Shown here: positions 1 through 9,094 of the stretch, in pieces | Numbering within the stretch: position 1 is the stretch's first letter | Layout: every line of letters begins with the position of its first letter | Assembly (NCBI GenBank): GCA_039799965.1 | Contig: JBDLRS010000033.1 | Span: 180 to 64,179 of the forward strand | Length of the DNA: 64,000 nucleotides | Source of the DNA: Pseudomonadota bacterium | GTDB lineage: Bacteria > Bdellovibrionota_C > UBA2361 > OMII01 | Direction of reading: 5' to 3' | The notes under the pieces: generated by a model | What the model saw: only the letters and a program-made list of their open reading frames with translations | Databases searched by the model: none | Told to the model about the DNA's origin: nothing | Program-made: the position numbers and the translations under genes

Positions 1-216
1 CAACCTAAAGCACAATCATCGGCTATTGAAACTAGCTGCCTAGCTAACCCACTTCCAACAAACCGGTGCCTCATAGCGTAACGGGTCAAGCCTCCCGAGG
101 TACCAACTCGCCTCAAATTCGGCTTTTATACTAACTCCGCCCCCCAAAGAGCCGTAATCTCGTACCGCCTGACCGCCAAAGCCACCTTTTACCTGGATTG
201 AAGCGGCCCGGGCCTC

Positions 217-231
217 GGGGGGGGGGGGGGG
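217..231. repeat. Homopolymeric G15 tract (C15 on the minus strand), 77 bp upstream of the EamA-family gene start
   Basis: Direct read of ggcctc followed by 15 G at 217-231. On the minus strand the tract encodes the PPPPP run of an 81-aa ORF (40..285). Confidence 0.9.
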
Positions 232-307
232 TGATTTTGAAAAAAATAATTGCGACGCCCTAGACACGTGCTTGATTCCTCCCATAAGAGAACGCTAGAA
301 GAAGACG

Positions 308-1258
308 ATGACCAGAGACGGCACAGAGGCAACTACGGGCTCATCTAAGCGCGCCCGGTTTATTACCTATGCCATCCTTTCGAGCGTCATCTCCAGTGTC
401 GCAACTCTAATCAAGGTTCAAGGAGTACGGAGCGTTCCTCCACTCCTCGCTGCCTCGGTCGGGGTTCTCTTCGGAGGGGTGCTTGCATTGGCGATCCTGG
501 TGCTTCTGAGGAGACTTCCCTCCTGGCAGTCCATAAAAACGGTGCATAAGCCGCTCTTGAAGCTGACCGCATGTCGAGCGGTGTTTTCGAACCTCATCTT
601 TACTGCGGGGTTGGCGTACACAAGCGGTGTTGAGGCAGTCTTTCTCACCAAGATGGAGCCATATCTTGTTATATTTTGGTATTGGTTGCTGGATAAGCAG
701 AGACCGTCTGGTCAGCATCTCTTTCTCCTCCTCGTCCACGTTGCAGGGGCAGTGCTCCTCTCTCTTGGTGATGCGTCGGGGAGCTTCGAGATCTCGTGGT
801 TCGGGGACCTGTTAATAGTGTGCGCGGTGGTAACCGCAGCTCTCTCGTATAGATTTGCTCCCCAAGTAACAAAGGTTCTCTCACCTTTTCAGACTGCGGC
901 TGTGGCCGAAACATTGGGCGGGATCGTTTCGCTTCCTGTGGCGCTCTTTTTCTGCCCACTCGAGTTTGGCCCGGAGCAGCAGAGCGGATGGCTCTACGTC
1001 GCCGCGCACTCGATCCTCTTTTACAACGTCGCCATCGTTCTGCTTTATGCATCTCTTGGAGGTATTGAAGGGTGGTTGTCCTCTGCATTGCGAGCTACTG
1101 GACCACTCTTTGCCGCACCTATAGCGCTCCTCTTCTTCGGTGAAACGCTTACAAATCTCCAGATCCTAGGCGCTGCTATCGTGCTTTTGACTTCGGCTCT
1201 GATCAGTAAGGAACGGCGAGGTTTAAAGCCCCCTCCCTCTAAATCTTGTGCACGATGA
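308..1258 (+). CDS. EamA/DMT-superfamily (drug/metabolite) transporter, about 10 TM helices
   Basis: 316-aa ORF that is hydrophobic throughout. It has the two-repeat EamA-like pattern of TM segments separated by short charged loops. Family assignment is by resemblance only. Confidence 0.6.
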   Translation: MTRDGTEATTGSSKRARFITYAILSSVISSVATLIKVQGVRSVPPLLAASVGVLFGGVLALAILVLLRRLPSWQSIKTVHKPLLKLTACRAVFSNLIFTAGLAYTSGVEAVFLTKMEPYLVIFWYWLLDKQRPSGQHLFLLLVHVAGAVLLSLGDASGSFEISWFGDLLIVCAVVTAALSYRFAPQVTKVLSPFQTAAVAETLGGIVSLPVALFFCPLEFGPEQQSGWLYVAAHSILFYNVAIVLLYASLGGIEGWLSSALRATGPLFAAPIALLFFGETLTNLQILGAAIVLLTSALISKERRGLKPPPSKSCAR

Positions 1259-1308
1259 TGTCACCAGCGCTGTGCACAGGGGTACTCAGATCGATCTCAA
1301 GGTAATTT

Positions 1309-2621
1309 GGTTCTCTAGCAGGGTGGTGAAAAACGATCGCGGAAACCCGCAGAAAATGAGAATCTCCTTTTAGGCTTTATCGGCGTAGACGAGAGCTGTG
1401 AGGAGAAGGAACCATGCGGGGCGCGAAACGTTCCCAGGAAGAGCTATTTCACTATTTCAGGTTAGAGTCGCGCATTCCAAGCGATCATCCGCTACGAGCG
1501 ATCCGTGCTTTGAGCGACAAGGTCTTAAAGAGCATGAGCAGTACGTTTGATACGATGTACTCAGACGTTGGTCGCCCGTCGATAGCTCCGGAGGTTTTGC
1601 TTAAAAGTACGGTATTGATGGCGTTGTATAGTGTTCGGTCAGAGGGGCAATTCTGCGAGCAGCTCAATTACAACATACTGTTTCGGTGGTTTTTAGGCAT
1701 GGACATGAGTCAGGGAGGCTTTGAGCGCAGTGTATTCTCGAAGAACCGGGCTCGATTGATTGAGCATGAGGTTAGTCGGGAGTTTTTTTGCTGAGGTAGG
1801 CAGAGAGGCATGCTCGCGACAACTCATATCAGAGGAGCACTTTACTGTTGACGGGACTCTTATTGAGTCGTGGGCTTCGTTAAAGAGCTTTGTGTCCAAG
1901 GATAAGCAGGACAGAGACGATAGTAATGATGGTAACGGGTTTAAGCCGAGCAATCTCGAAGTTGATTTTCATGGTGAACGACGAACTAATGACACTCATT
2001 CCAGTACAACGGATCCGAAAGCTCTCTTAATAAAGAAGTGGAAGGGTAAAGAGGCGAAGCTGGCATTTTGTGCGAGTGCGGTGACCGAGAACAGAAATGG
2101 GCTTGTTGTTGACTGTGAAGACGCAAGCTTCCCAATAGGAACCGTAGGCGCTGACTAGGGGTATCACCAGAAAGAGTTTGTTGGCTCCCTTCGAGGTCGA
2201 GGGATCGTTCCACATGTTGCTTGTATCAAGGGCAGAACTGCCGCTGGACTTGATAAGGGCACCACTACCAGGGAGTCGTACAAGGCAAGCCAACGGAAGA
2301 GGAATCTGATTGAGGAATGCTTTGGATTGTTAAAAACTGTGGGCGGTGTCCGCAAGAGTCGTTTGGTTGGCTGTGCACGAACCAACTTTCTCGTACAGAT
2401 GACATTCGCCACCATGAACATCCTGCGTATCACACGACTCTCAACGGCGTAATCGCGCTACACGTGTATCTGCCGCCCCATAAACGCAACCATTTTAAAC
2501 TAAACTCCCCGATGGAAAGGCAATAGACGGGCATAAGAATCCAAAGATGCTGCTTTTGAGACTCTGAGAGCCTTCAGAAACTAAGTAGGTGCCTATTAAT
2601 CGTAGATTTTCACCACCCTGC
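1309..2621 (+). mobile_element. Decayed IS5-family insertion sequence, about 1.31 kb, with 15-bp perfect terminal inverted repeats GCAGGGTGGTGAAAA and flanking TA dinucleotides
   Basis: Left end gcagggtggtgaaaaacg at 1309 and right end cgtagattttcaccaccctgc ending at 2621 are inverted copies. TA lies at 1307-1308 and 2622-2623, consistent with CTA|IS|TAA insertion. The internal ORFs encode a DUF772-type N-terminal domain plus a DDE C-terminal domain typical of IS5/IS1182-type transposases. Confidence 0.8.
1414..2454 (+). pseudogene. IS5-family DDE transposase, disrupted by one frameshift near 1760-1795 and one in-frame TAG at 2156-2158
   Basis: Frame 1 (1414..1794) gives the InsH-like N-terminal domain, with the motifs RIPSDHPLRAI, GRPSIAPEVLLKS and NILFRWFLGMD. 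Frame 2 (1760..2158) gives the DDE core and stops in GAD* exactly where homologues have ADKGY. The same frame then continues as GYHQKEF...EECFGLLKTVGGVRKSRLVGCARTNFLVQMTFATMNILRI, the typical IS5 C-terminus. Confidence 0.8.
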
Positions 2622-2770
2622 TAAGTAGGTGGACATAAAAAATTGGCCAAACTCATGCGTACGATGATGTGTCGGTTTGGAAGTGCTTTATGCTCGCCTT
2701 ACCCTGCTGCTTTCAGTGTAGAGGTTGGCTCCGGAAGAGTGGAGTTCACCGCTTGTTAAGCTCTTGGGTG

Positions 2771-3394
2771 CTAGCGCGAGCCAGCATCCCTGAGCCGCGG
2801 ATTGTTAACCCGCATGCCACGGGAAAGCTCGGCAACTGCGCCCTCGATTGCCGCCCCGAAGTCACCGCTGGTGTTCACATACTTCACCCCGTGCTTTGAA
2901 CATACATCTAACATCACAGAGCTACGCTCCCGACAGCGCCCGAGAAAATCCAGCAAGTACTGATCCGACTGATTCCGAGTCCAATCCCAAGGCGTAGAGT
3001 TCGAGCGTACCAGCGCTAACTTTTCGGCAGGTTCCGTATATGGATATCCTACGTAAACAAGTTCAATTCCCAATCGCTCCCGCAACGTAACGGCATCCTC
3101 GATGATAACGTGATAAGAATCAGCCACGAAGTTAATCTCGTAATGGCAGAGCCGCTCGAGCCAGCAATACAGAAACGGTTCCAGGGCTCGGGCCAATTGC
3201 GCATGTGATTCACCTTCGTGAGAAATTCCCGTTTCCGGAAAGACCCTCTCGAACGCATCTACCAGACTATCGATGTGAATATGGCTCACTCCTGTCTCGC
3301 AGGAGAGGCGGGAGCTTAGGATTGTTTTGCCCGCCCGAGGCACACCAGTAATTAGCCATCGCTTATTCATACAATCTTGCTGACGGGTTAACAT
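2771..3394 (-). CDS. Small P-loop NTPase / kinase-like protein (Walker A GVPRAGKT)
   Basis: 207-aa ORF with an N-terminal Walker A motif ITGVPRAGKTIL and overall resemblance to AAA_33/shikimate-kinase-like small ATPases. It lies immediately next to the IS. The start may be the internal MNKRW. Confidence 0.5.
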   Translation of the reverse strand: MLTRQQDCMNKRWLITGVPRAGKTILSSRLSCETGVSHIHIDSLVDAFERVFPETGISHEGESHAQLARALEPFLYCWLERLCHYEINFVADSYHVIIEDAVTLRERLGIELVYVGYPYTEPAEKLALVRSNSTPWDWTRNQSDQYLLDFLGRCRERSSVMLDVCSKHGVKYVNTSGDFGAAIEGAVAELSRGMRVNNPRLRDAGSR

Positions 3395-3638
3395 ACTATT
3401 GTGCCGATCCGCCCATCTAGGCCCATCGGCTAACTCTCACAAGGATACTCATCCTCGCCTTTCCCTCACAACCGCGGATATTGACCAACAACATCAACAG
3501 ATAAGATTCGCTCACGCACACAGTAGTAAACCCGTGTATCTACACCACATCGGCGTAGACCACATCTAGAGAGCTCCCTTAAAAAAGCTCACACCGCCCG
3601 TACCCCGATCGCTCCCCACGGCGTATACTAGACCCCTT

Positions 3639-4034
3639 ATGACGATTATCGGCGTGGACGTGGGGACGGTGAGGGTAGGGGTGGCGACAGCCGATCCAAC
3701 CGTTCGTATCCCCTTCCCGGTAGGAATCTGGCCCCGAGCTCAGTACGAAGCCGAAAAGAATCTCCTTAAACTTATTGAGGAGCGAAAAGGCACCCTTTTG
3801 GTCGTCGGCCTCCCCCTGGACGAGGACGGCAACCGAACGAATATCTGTGAAAACATCGAAGCCTTCGTTCGTCGTCTTGCCAAACGTACCCCCATCAAGA
3901 TTGTATATATAGATGAAGCATTCTCCTCGGTTGAGGCGTCTGAAAAGTTGTCACAAGCAGCGAGCACAGCTCTCCGGGTGGACGCTGCCGCGGCTTGTCT
4001 CATCCTCCAACGCTACTTTGATCTAAACCCTTGA
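3639..4034 (+). CDS. ruvX: Holliday-junction resolvase-like YqgF/RuvX
   Basis: 131 aa. N-terminal IIGVDVGTVRVGVA and DEAFSS/TSV motifs are characteristic of the RuvX/YqgF RNase H-fold family. Confidence 0.8.
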   Translation: MTIIGVDVGTVRVGVATADPTVRIPFPVGIWPRAQYEAEKNLLKLIEERKGTLLVVGLPLDEDGNRTNICENIEAFVRRLAKRTPIKIVYIDEAFSSVEASEKLSQAASTALRVDAAAACLILQRYFDLNP

Positions 4035-4059
4035 ACCCGCTCGGATTTAAAAACTCCCT

Positions 4060-5139
4060 ATGCGAAAGTTAGCTATCATGTCCTTGTACCTAGCGCTTCC
4101 GATAGCTGCGGCCTTCGCCAGCTTTAAGACAGCAGAACACTACTTCTTCGCTCCCCTCGATCCTACCGCTTCTACGCCCTCGATCTTTGTCATAGCGCCG
4201 GACAAAAACTTCCGTGAGGTAGCGGCTGACCTTGAGGTGAGTAATTACATTAAACACCGCTACGCGATTCGCCTCCTCGCGAAGTTTCAAAAGAAGGACA
4301 CCCTAGTAATGGCGGGGGAATACGAGTTCTCCCCCTCGATGAGCCCTCAAGAGATCCTCGATGCAATGGTTGAGGGACGGATGATCCTGCGGAAGATAAC
4401 CCTCAAAGAGGGACTGACAGTGAGCGACATAGGGCCGATCCTTGAGGAGGCCGGAATCACGCAACGAGCGCTCTTTGAGCAGGCCTTAAACGACCCGAAG
4501 CTTCGTGAGGAGCTGAAGGTCCCAGGCGCAACCTTTGAGGGATATCTTTTCCCGGAAACGTACCGCATTCAACGCAACACACCACCACGAAAGGTTATCC
4601 AGACCCTTCGCGCTCAGCTTGATTCGAAGTGGCCAGAGGAGTGGAATATTCGCCTCCTTGAGCTCCAAATGACGAAGCACCAAGTCCTCACACTCGCTTC
4701 AATAATCGAAAAGGAATCGGGCAACGCAGAGGAGCAACCGATCGTGGCATCCGTGTTTCACAACCGATTAAGAAAGGGGATGCGACTTCAATCCGATCCA
4801 ACGGTGATCTACGGAATTGCTAACTTTAACGGCAACATCACGAAGGCCGATCTCCAAACCCAAACTCCATACAACACCTACGTTATCTCGGGGCTTCCTC
4901 CAGGACCGATAGCGAACCCAGGGCTCACCGCGATAAAAGCCGCCCTCTATCCTGCCGACACGAACTACTTCTACTTCGTTGGAAACGGGAAAGGGAAACA
5001 CATCTTTTCAGAGAACCTTGATCAGCATAACCAAGCGGTGAACGTTTTCCAGCGAGGGATGGGGGGCTATGAACCTGCCGCGGCCGTAATCGCGACACCT
5101 GTTCCCCAACCAACCTCATCGCCTGGCCCGCAATTATAG
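4060..5139 (+). CDS. mltG: Endolytic murein transglycosylase MltG (YceG-like)
   Basis: 359 aa with an N-terminal TM anchor. Has the YceG-like central region (KITLKEGLTV, DPTVIYG, YNTY...GLPPGPIANPG). It follows ruvX after 25 bp, as in many genomes. Confidence 0.8.
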   Translation: MRKLAIMSLYLALPIAAAFASFKTAEHYFFAPLDPTASTPSIFVIAPDKNFREVAADLEVSNYIKHRYAIRLLAKFQKKDTLVMAGEYEFSPSMSPQEILDAMVEGRMILRKITLKEGLTVSDIGPILEEAGITQRALFEQALNDPKLREELKVPGATFEGYLFPETYRIQRNTPPRKVIQTLRAQLDSKWPEEWNIRLLELQMTKHQVLTLASIIEKESGNAEEQPIVASVFHNRLRKGMRLQSDPTVIYGIANFNGNITKADLQTQTPYNTYVISGLPPGPIANPGLTAIKAALYPADTNYFYFVGNGKGKHIFSENLDQHNQAVNVFQRGMGGYEPAAAVIATPVPQPTSSPGPQL

Positions 5140-5151
5140 GGCAGGACCACC

Positions 5152-7128
5152 ATGACCCAGGAGCTGCACTCCCTCATCGAAGCGGTCCGTTCACGAGAAG
5201 AGCGACGACGGCGCACCGCGCTCGCAATCAACGGCGCCCTATGTGTCTCATTTCTCGCCGTTCCTTCGATACTCCTTTCGCACTATCCGGCGTGGCTCGT
5301 TCTTGCCTGGCTCCCTCCACTTGCCGTTGCCGCAATCTTTATCTCCCGGTGGGAGTACGAATCCATCCAGGTAAGCAAAGAGGAGGCTTCCGAGATCCTC
5401 GATGCGGTATTACAAACGAAGGAGCGCGTTCGCACCTTCGCTCTCATCTCGGATTCATCCGCAGCACCTGACCTTATCCGAAGCGAGTTTATCGCTGGGC
5501 AGATTCGTGAATACATTCCGGAGAACTGCACCGCAAAGACTCTTTTACATATCACTCTCACGAAACCTCAGAGATGGGCCGTAACCGCTACCGTTGCGGC
5601 GCTTCTTATCGCCGCGACCCTTATTTGGTTTCGTCCCGTTGCTCCCCTCGAGCAGGTTGCGGCAACGCTTCAAGCGATCGTTGACGCACACCCTGAACTT
5701 CCCGATGACGTAAAGGCTGCCGCGCAAGAGAGCATTCAAAATCTTGGAGCATCAGACCTCGCGGCCGCTCAAGAGTCGCTACAAAAAACGCAGAGCGAGA
5801 TCTCCAAAGCGCTCGCTGCAAAAACGATCGCTCAAAAGGAGGAGCGCACCATCCAACAATCGGATGAACAACAGCAGCTACAAAACCAAACGGCTCCTCA
5901 ACCCGAAACCCGCAAAGAGGAGCAGGAGCAGAGCAACAACGCCGACCAACAAGAAAACGAAAAGCAGCAACAGAAAGAGAGGCAACCTTCCGAAGATTCG
6001 AAAGAGAGATCCGAGCAGGGCGCCTCAGAAGAAGGCTCGCAAAATCAGAAGCAAGAGGGCCAAAGCAAAGAGAAGAGCGAGGGCCAAAGCAAAAAGGAGC
6101 AGGACTCAAAGAAAGACGGAAAATCCAAGAGTGACCAGTCCAATAAATCCGAAGATGGTGACGGTCAGGGCTCAGGCCAAGGCGCGGGATCGAGTGGCGC
6201 TGGCGCAGGTAATCAAGGCGAAAACAAAGAGAAGGGACAAAACTCACAAGGCTCATCCGGAGACGCAAAGGACGGGCAGGGAACGGGCGAGGGGACCTCG
6301 GAAGGTTCAAAGGGTGGTGAGCAAGGACAACCACAATCGACCTCCGCAAAAGAGGGGCAACAAAAAGAGGGAAGCGCTGCAGGCGCGAGCGGCCTCGAAC
6401 AATTAAAGGACGCCGTCGGCAAAGCTGAACAGGAGGTTCAACAGGAACAACAGCAGCAGGAGCAGGGCTCACAAGAGGGGAAGGACGGCAAAGAGGGTAA
6501 GGGCCAAGGCCAACGAGACAAAGAGAGCGACTCCGGTCAAGAGGCTCAACCTCAAGACAACCAGGGGAGGGGAGATCAGGGCAACAAACCCAAAGGCCAA
6601 CAACAGGGCAAAGGGGACTCGCAGGAGAAACAGAACAAGAAGGGTGAATCCCCAGGCAAAGATGGCGAGAGCGACAAAGAAAAGCCTCAAGACTCATCCA
6701 GCAAGAAAAAGTCTGAGAAGGAGGCCAAAGAGGAGGGCGAGTCAGGCAATTCCGGCACAGCGAAGAAACAGGAGGAGCAACAGAAGCCAGCCGAGAAGCG
6801 CGACTCACAGGATGGAAAATCGGACGGGGTAGGGGACCGCTCCTCCATGCCCGACCGCTCTGCGCAGGCAGTCAACGACGAGCCCCCTTCAGACGGCCCT
6901 GGGGGCGATATGCCGAACATCCCACTCACCGGAAGGGAATCGAAGGTAGAGGGCAAAGACGAAGCGCTCGATTCCCGTTTCACCGGTGCTGAAACAACGC
7001 TTGAAGAGAACAAGGTTCCGGCCCAAGCGAAGACCTCCCTTGATGATGTGCTCCTCGCCAAGCCGCAAGGCTCAACACACAAGGGACGGCAACCTATCCC
7101 CCTTGAGTACAAAGAGATCCTGGAATAG
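5152..7128 (+). CDS. Membrane-anchored hypothetical protein with a roughly 450-aa K/E/Q/G/S-rich low-complexity (disordered) region
   Basis: Two or three N-terminal TM segments, then extreme compositional bias such as QEQSNNADQQENEKQQQKERQ and GDGQGSGQGAGSSGAG. It is tightly linked, with a 42-bp gap, to the downstream moxR gene. Long antisense ORFs on the opposite strand are composition artefacts. Confidence 0.55.
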   Translation: MTQELHSLIEAVRSREERRRRTALAINGALCVSFLAVPSILLSHYPAWLVLAWLPPLAVAAIFISRWEYESIQVSKEEASEILDAVLQTKERVRTFALISDSSAAPDLIRSEFIAGQIREYIPENCTAKTLLHITLTKPQRWAVTATVAALLIAATLIWFRPVAPLEQVAATLQAIVDAHPELPDDVKAAAQESIQNLGASDLAAAQESLQKTQSEISKALAAKTIAQKEERTIQQSDEQQQLQNQTAPQPETRKEEQEQSNNADQQENEKQQQKERQPSEDSKERSEQGASEEGSQNQKQEGQSKEKSEGQSKKEQDSKKDGKSKSDQSNKSEDGDGQGSGQGAGSSGAGAGNQGENKEKGQNSQGSSGDAKDGQGTGEGTSEGSKGGEQGQPQSTSAKEGQQKEGSAAGASGLEQLKDAVGKAEQEVQQEQQQQEQGSQEGKDGKEGKGQGQRDKESDSGQEAQPQDNQGRGDQGNKPKGQQQGKGDSQEKQNKKGESPGKDGESDKEKPQDSSSKKKSEKEAKEEGESGNSGTAKKQEEQQKPAEKRDSQDGKSDGVGDRSSMPDRSAQAVNDEPPSDGPGGDMPNIPLTGRESKVEGKDEALDSRFTGAETTLEENKVPAQAKTSLDDVLLAKPQGSTHKGRQPIPLEYKEILE

Positions 7129-7170
7129 TTCCGTTGCGACACCGCTAAAAAGGAAGGAAACTGTACCCAT

Positions 7171-8184
7171 ATGGATAACCTCGACCTTCGCGATACCGCG
7201 TCCCTCTCTCAAGCCGTCAACGACTTTCAAAACACCTTCGCCGAACTTGAGCGAGAGGTGGGACAGGTTATCGTCGGGATGCAGGGTGTTGTGCGAAGCA
7301 CCCTCGCGGCTATCTGCGCCAGGGGACACGTTCTCCTCGAGGGAGCGCCTGGTCTCGGAAAGACCTCACTTGTTAAAGCTATCTCTACATCCCTTGGTTT
7401 AAGTTTCAAACGAGTTCAGTTCACCCCTGACCTTATGCCCTCAGACATCACCGGAACCCAGGTGCTCACCGAGGAGCCAGGCGAGGGGAGACGGTTCGTG
7501 TTCAAAGAGGGGCCGATCTTCGCGAACATCGTCCTAGCGGATGAGATTAACCGCGCCACTCCGAAGACCCAGTCCGCGCTGTTAGAGGCGATGGAGGAGC
7601 GACAGGTCACCGTACTCAACCAAACCTACAAACTGCCACAGCCGTTCTTTGTACTCGCGACCCAAAATCCGATTGAGGTGGAAGGGACCTACCCACTCCC
7701 TGAGGCGCAGCTCGATCGATTCCTCGTAAAGATCCTCGTTCCATCTCCATCATCTGCGGAATTAAAAGAGATCCTCTCCCGCACAACGGGCACCCTCACA
7801 GCGCCGATCAAGCCACTCTTCTCTGAAAGCGAAGCACCCCGACGACTTGAAGCGATGCAGAACCTCGTGCGCCACGTTGTCGTATCGGATCCGATTCAAG
7901 AGGTCATCGTGCGCCTTATCGCGGCGCTTACACCGAACTCACCGTTCGCCACACCGAACGCCAAGCGCTACATCCGATTCGGGCCTGGGCCACGCGGCGC
8001 GCAATCGTTGGTGATGAGCGCGAAGGTTTCCGCCCTTCTCGATAAACGTATCAATCTCGCGTTCGAGGATATTCAGAACGCGATCACCGCGACTCTTAGA
8101 CACCGACTCATCCTCAATTTCCAAGCGGAGGCCGATGGCGTTACCTCAGACGATCTGATCGAGGAGGTTCGTTCGGCTAAGTAG
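7171..8184 (+). CDS. MoxR-family AAA+ ATPase
   Basis: 337 aa. Walker A GAPGLGKT, Walker B VLADEINRA and the typical MoxR C-terminal region. Classic MoxR-DUF58-vWA gene order. Confidence 0.9.
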   Translation: MDNLDLRDTASLSQAVNDFQNTFAELEREVGQVIVGMQGVVRSTLAAICARGHVLLEGAPGLGKTSLVKAISTSLGLSFKRVQFTPDLMPSDITGTQVLTEEPGEGRRFVFKEGPIFANIVLADEINRATPKTQSALLEAMEERQVTVLNQTYKLPQPFFVLATQNPIEVEGTYPLPEAQLDRFLVKILVPSPSSAELKEILSRTTGTLTAPIKPLFSESEAPRRLEAMQNLVRHVVVSDPIQEVIVRLIAALTPNSPFATPNAKRYIRFGPGPRGAQSLVMSAKVSALLDKRINLAFEDIQNAITATLRHRLILNFQAEADGVTSDDLIEEVRSAK

Positions 8185-8203
8185 GGTAGGGTAGGGACCA
8201 CTC

Positions 8204-9094
8204 ATGGCATTAGACGCGCGCACCCTGCGATTACTTGACACCTTCGCGCTTCGCACGCGACGGTCGTTCTATGGCGCGCGCCAAGGAACGCATCGCTCAC
8301 AACGTAGAGGACACGGCGTTGAGTTCGCCGAGTATCGTTCGTATGAGCTCGGCGATAATCCCCGCTACATCGACTGGAACCTCTACGCCCGAAGCGACAA
8401 GATATATGTAAAGCGCTACCTTGAAGAGGAGACGGTAAGCGTCTTTATGGTGATCGATGGCTCCCGCTCCCTCACCCATCCTGCGCTTCAACTGAAGTGG
8501 CACGCCGCCGCGCACCTCGCCACGTGTGCCTCCTATATCGCGCTCGCAAGCCACGACCCCGTTACCATCTCAGTATTAGGTGGGCACCAGAGTCCACAAT
8601 TTTGGGGACCACGATCATTCGCCCCTCTTGGAGCATTTCTCGACTCGGAGGGAACACGGCTGATCGAAGGGGCTCCCGCAAAGATAGATATCGTTGAGGC
8701 AGCTCGAATCGCGGCCACCCGCGTGCGTTTCCCCGGTATCTGCGTCGTCATCTCCGACTTCCTCTATCCACTTGAAGATGTGGTCACCATGCTCTCTCCG
8801 TTTCGCGCACGAAATATGGAGATACACGCGGTGCAGATGTTGGGAGCCCAAGATATCGACCCTGATCCAGCGAGCAGTGGCAGCACCCTCGTCGATAGCG
8901 AGACAGGAGAGGAGATCGGGCTCTCCCTCGACTCATCCGCGCGCGAACAGTACGCCAAGAAGCTCGCGGCACACACTGAGGCGATACGCCAACACTGCCT
9001 GATCGCTCAGATACATTTCGTTCCGGCGACCGCTCGTGAACCACTCGCCGAGAACTCCATCTCGATATTAAGCACGATGGGGCTCTTCGTATGA
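8204..9094 (+). CDS. DUF58-domain protein (MoxR-associated)
   Basis: 296 aa with the motifs GxxEFAEYRxYxxGDxxRxIDW typical of DUF58. Follows moxR after a 19-bp gap. Confidence 0.8.
   Translation: MALDARTLRLLDTFALRTRRSFYGARQGTHRSQRRGHGVEFAEYRSYELGDNPRYIDWNLYARSDKIYVKRYLEEETVSVFMVIDGSRSLTHPALQLKWHAAAHLATCASYIALASHDPVTISVLGGHQSPQFWGPRSFAPLGAFLDSEGTRLIEGAPAKIDIVEAARIAATRVRFPGICVVISDFLYPLEDVVTMLSPFRARNMEIHAVQMLGAQDIDPDPASSGSTLVDSETGEEIGLSLDSSAREQYAKKLAAHTEAIRQHCLIAQIHFVPATAREPLAENSISILSTMGLFV

Noticed and set aside
40-285. 81-aa minus-strand ORF containing PPPPP encoded by the G15 tract
   Set aside because: It is short and has no recognisable family or ribosome-binding site, and its frame depends entirely on the homopolymer length. 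It is kept only as context for the phase-variation finding, not called as a gene.
5621-6808. Long antisense ORFs (5621..6808 on the minus strand and 5744..6406 on the plus strand) overlapping the low-complexity gene
   Set aside because: They arise from the repetitive GAA/CAA/AAG-rich composition. They give Ser/Pro/Arg/Cys-rich or poly-basic translations with no start context. The sense-strand gene has TM helices and operon context.
8181-8198. (GTAGGG)x3 microrepeat at the moxR stop
   Set aside because: Only three units, overlapping the stop codon and the short spacer. It is likely incidental.
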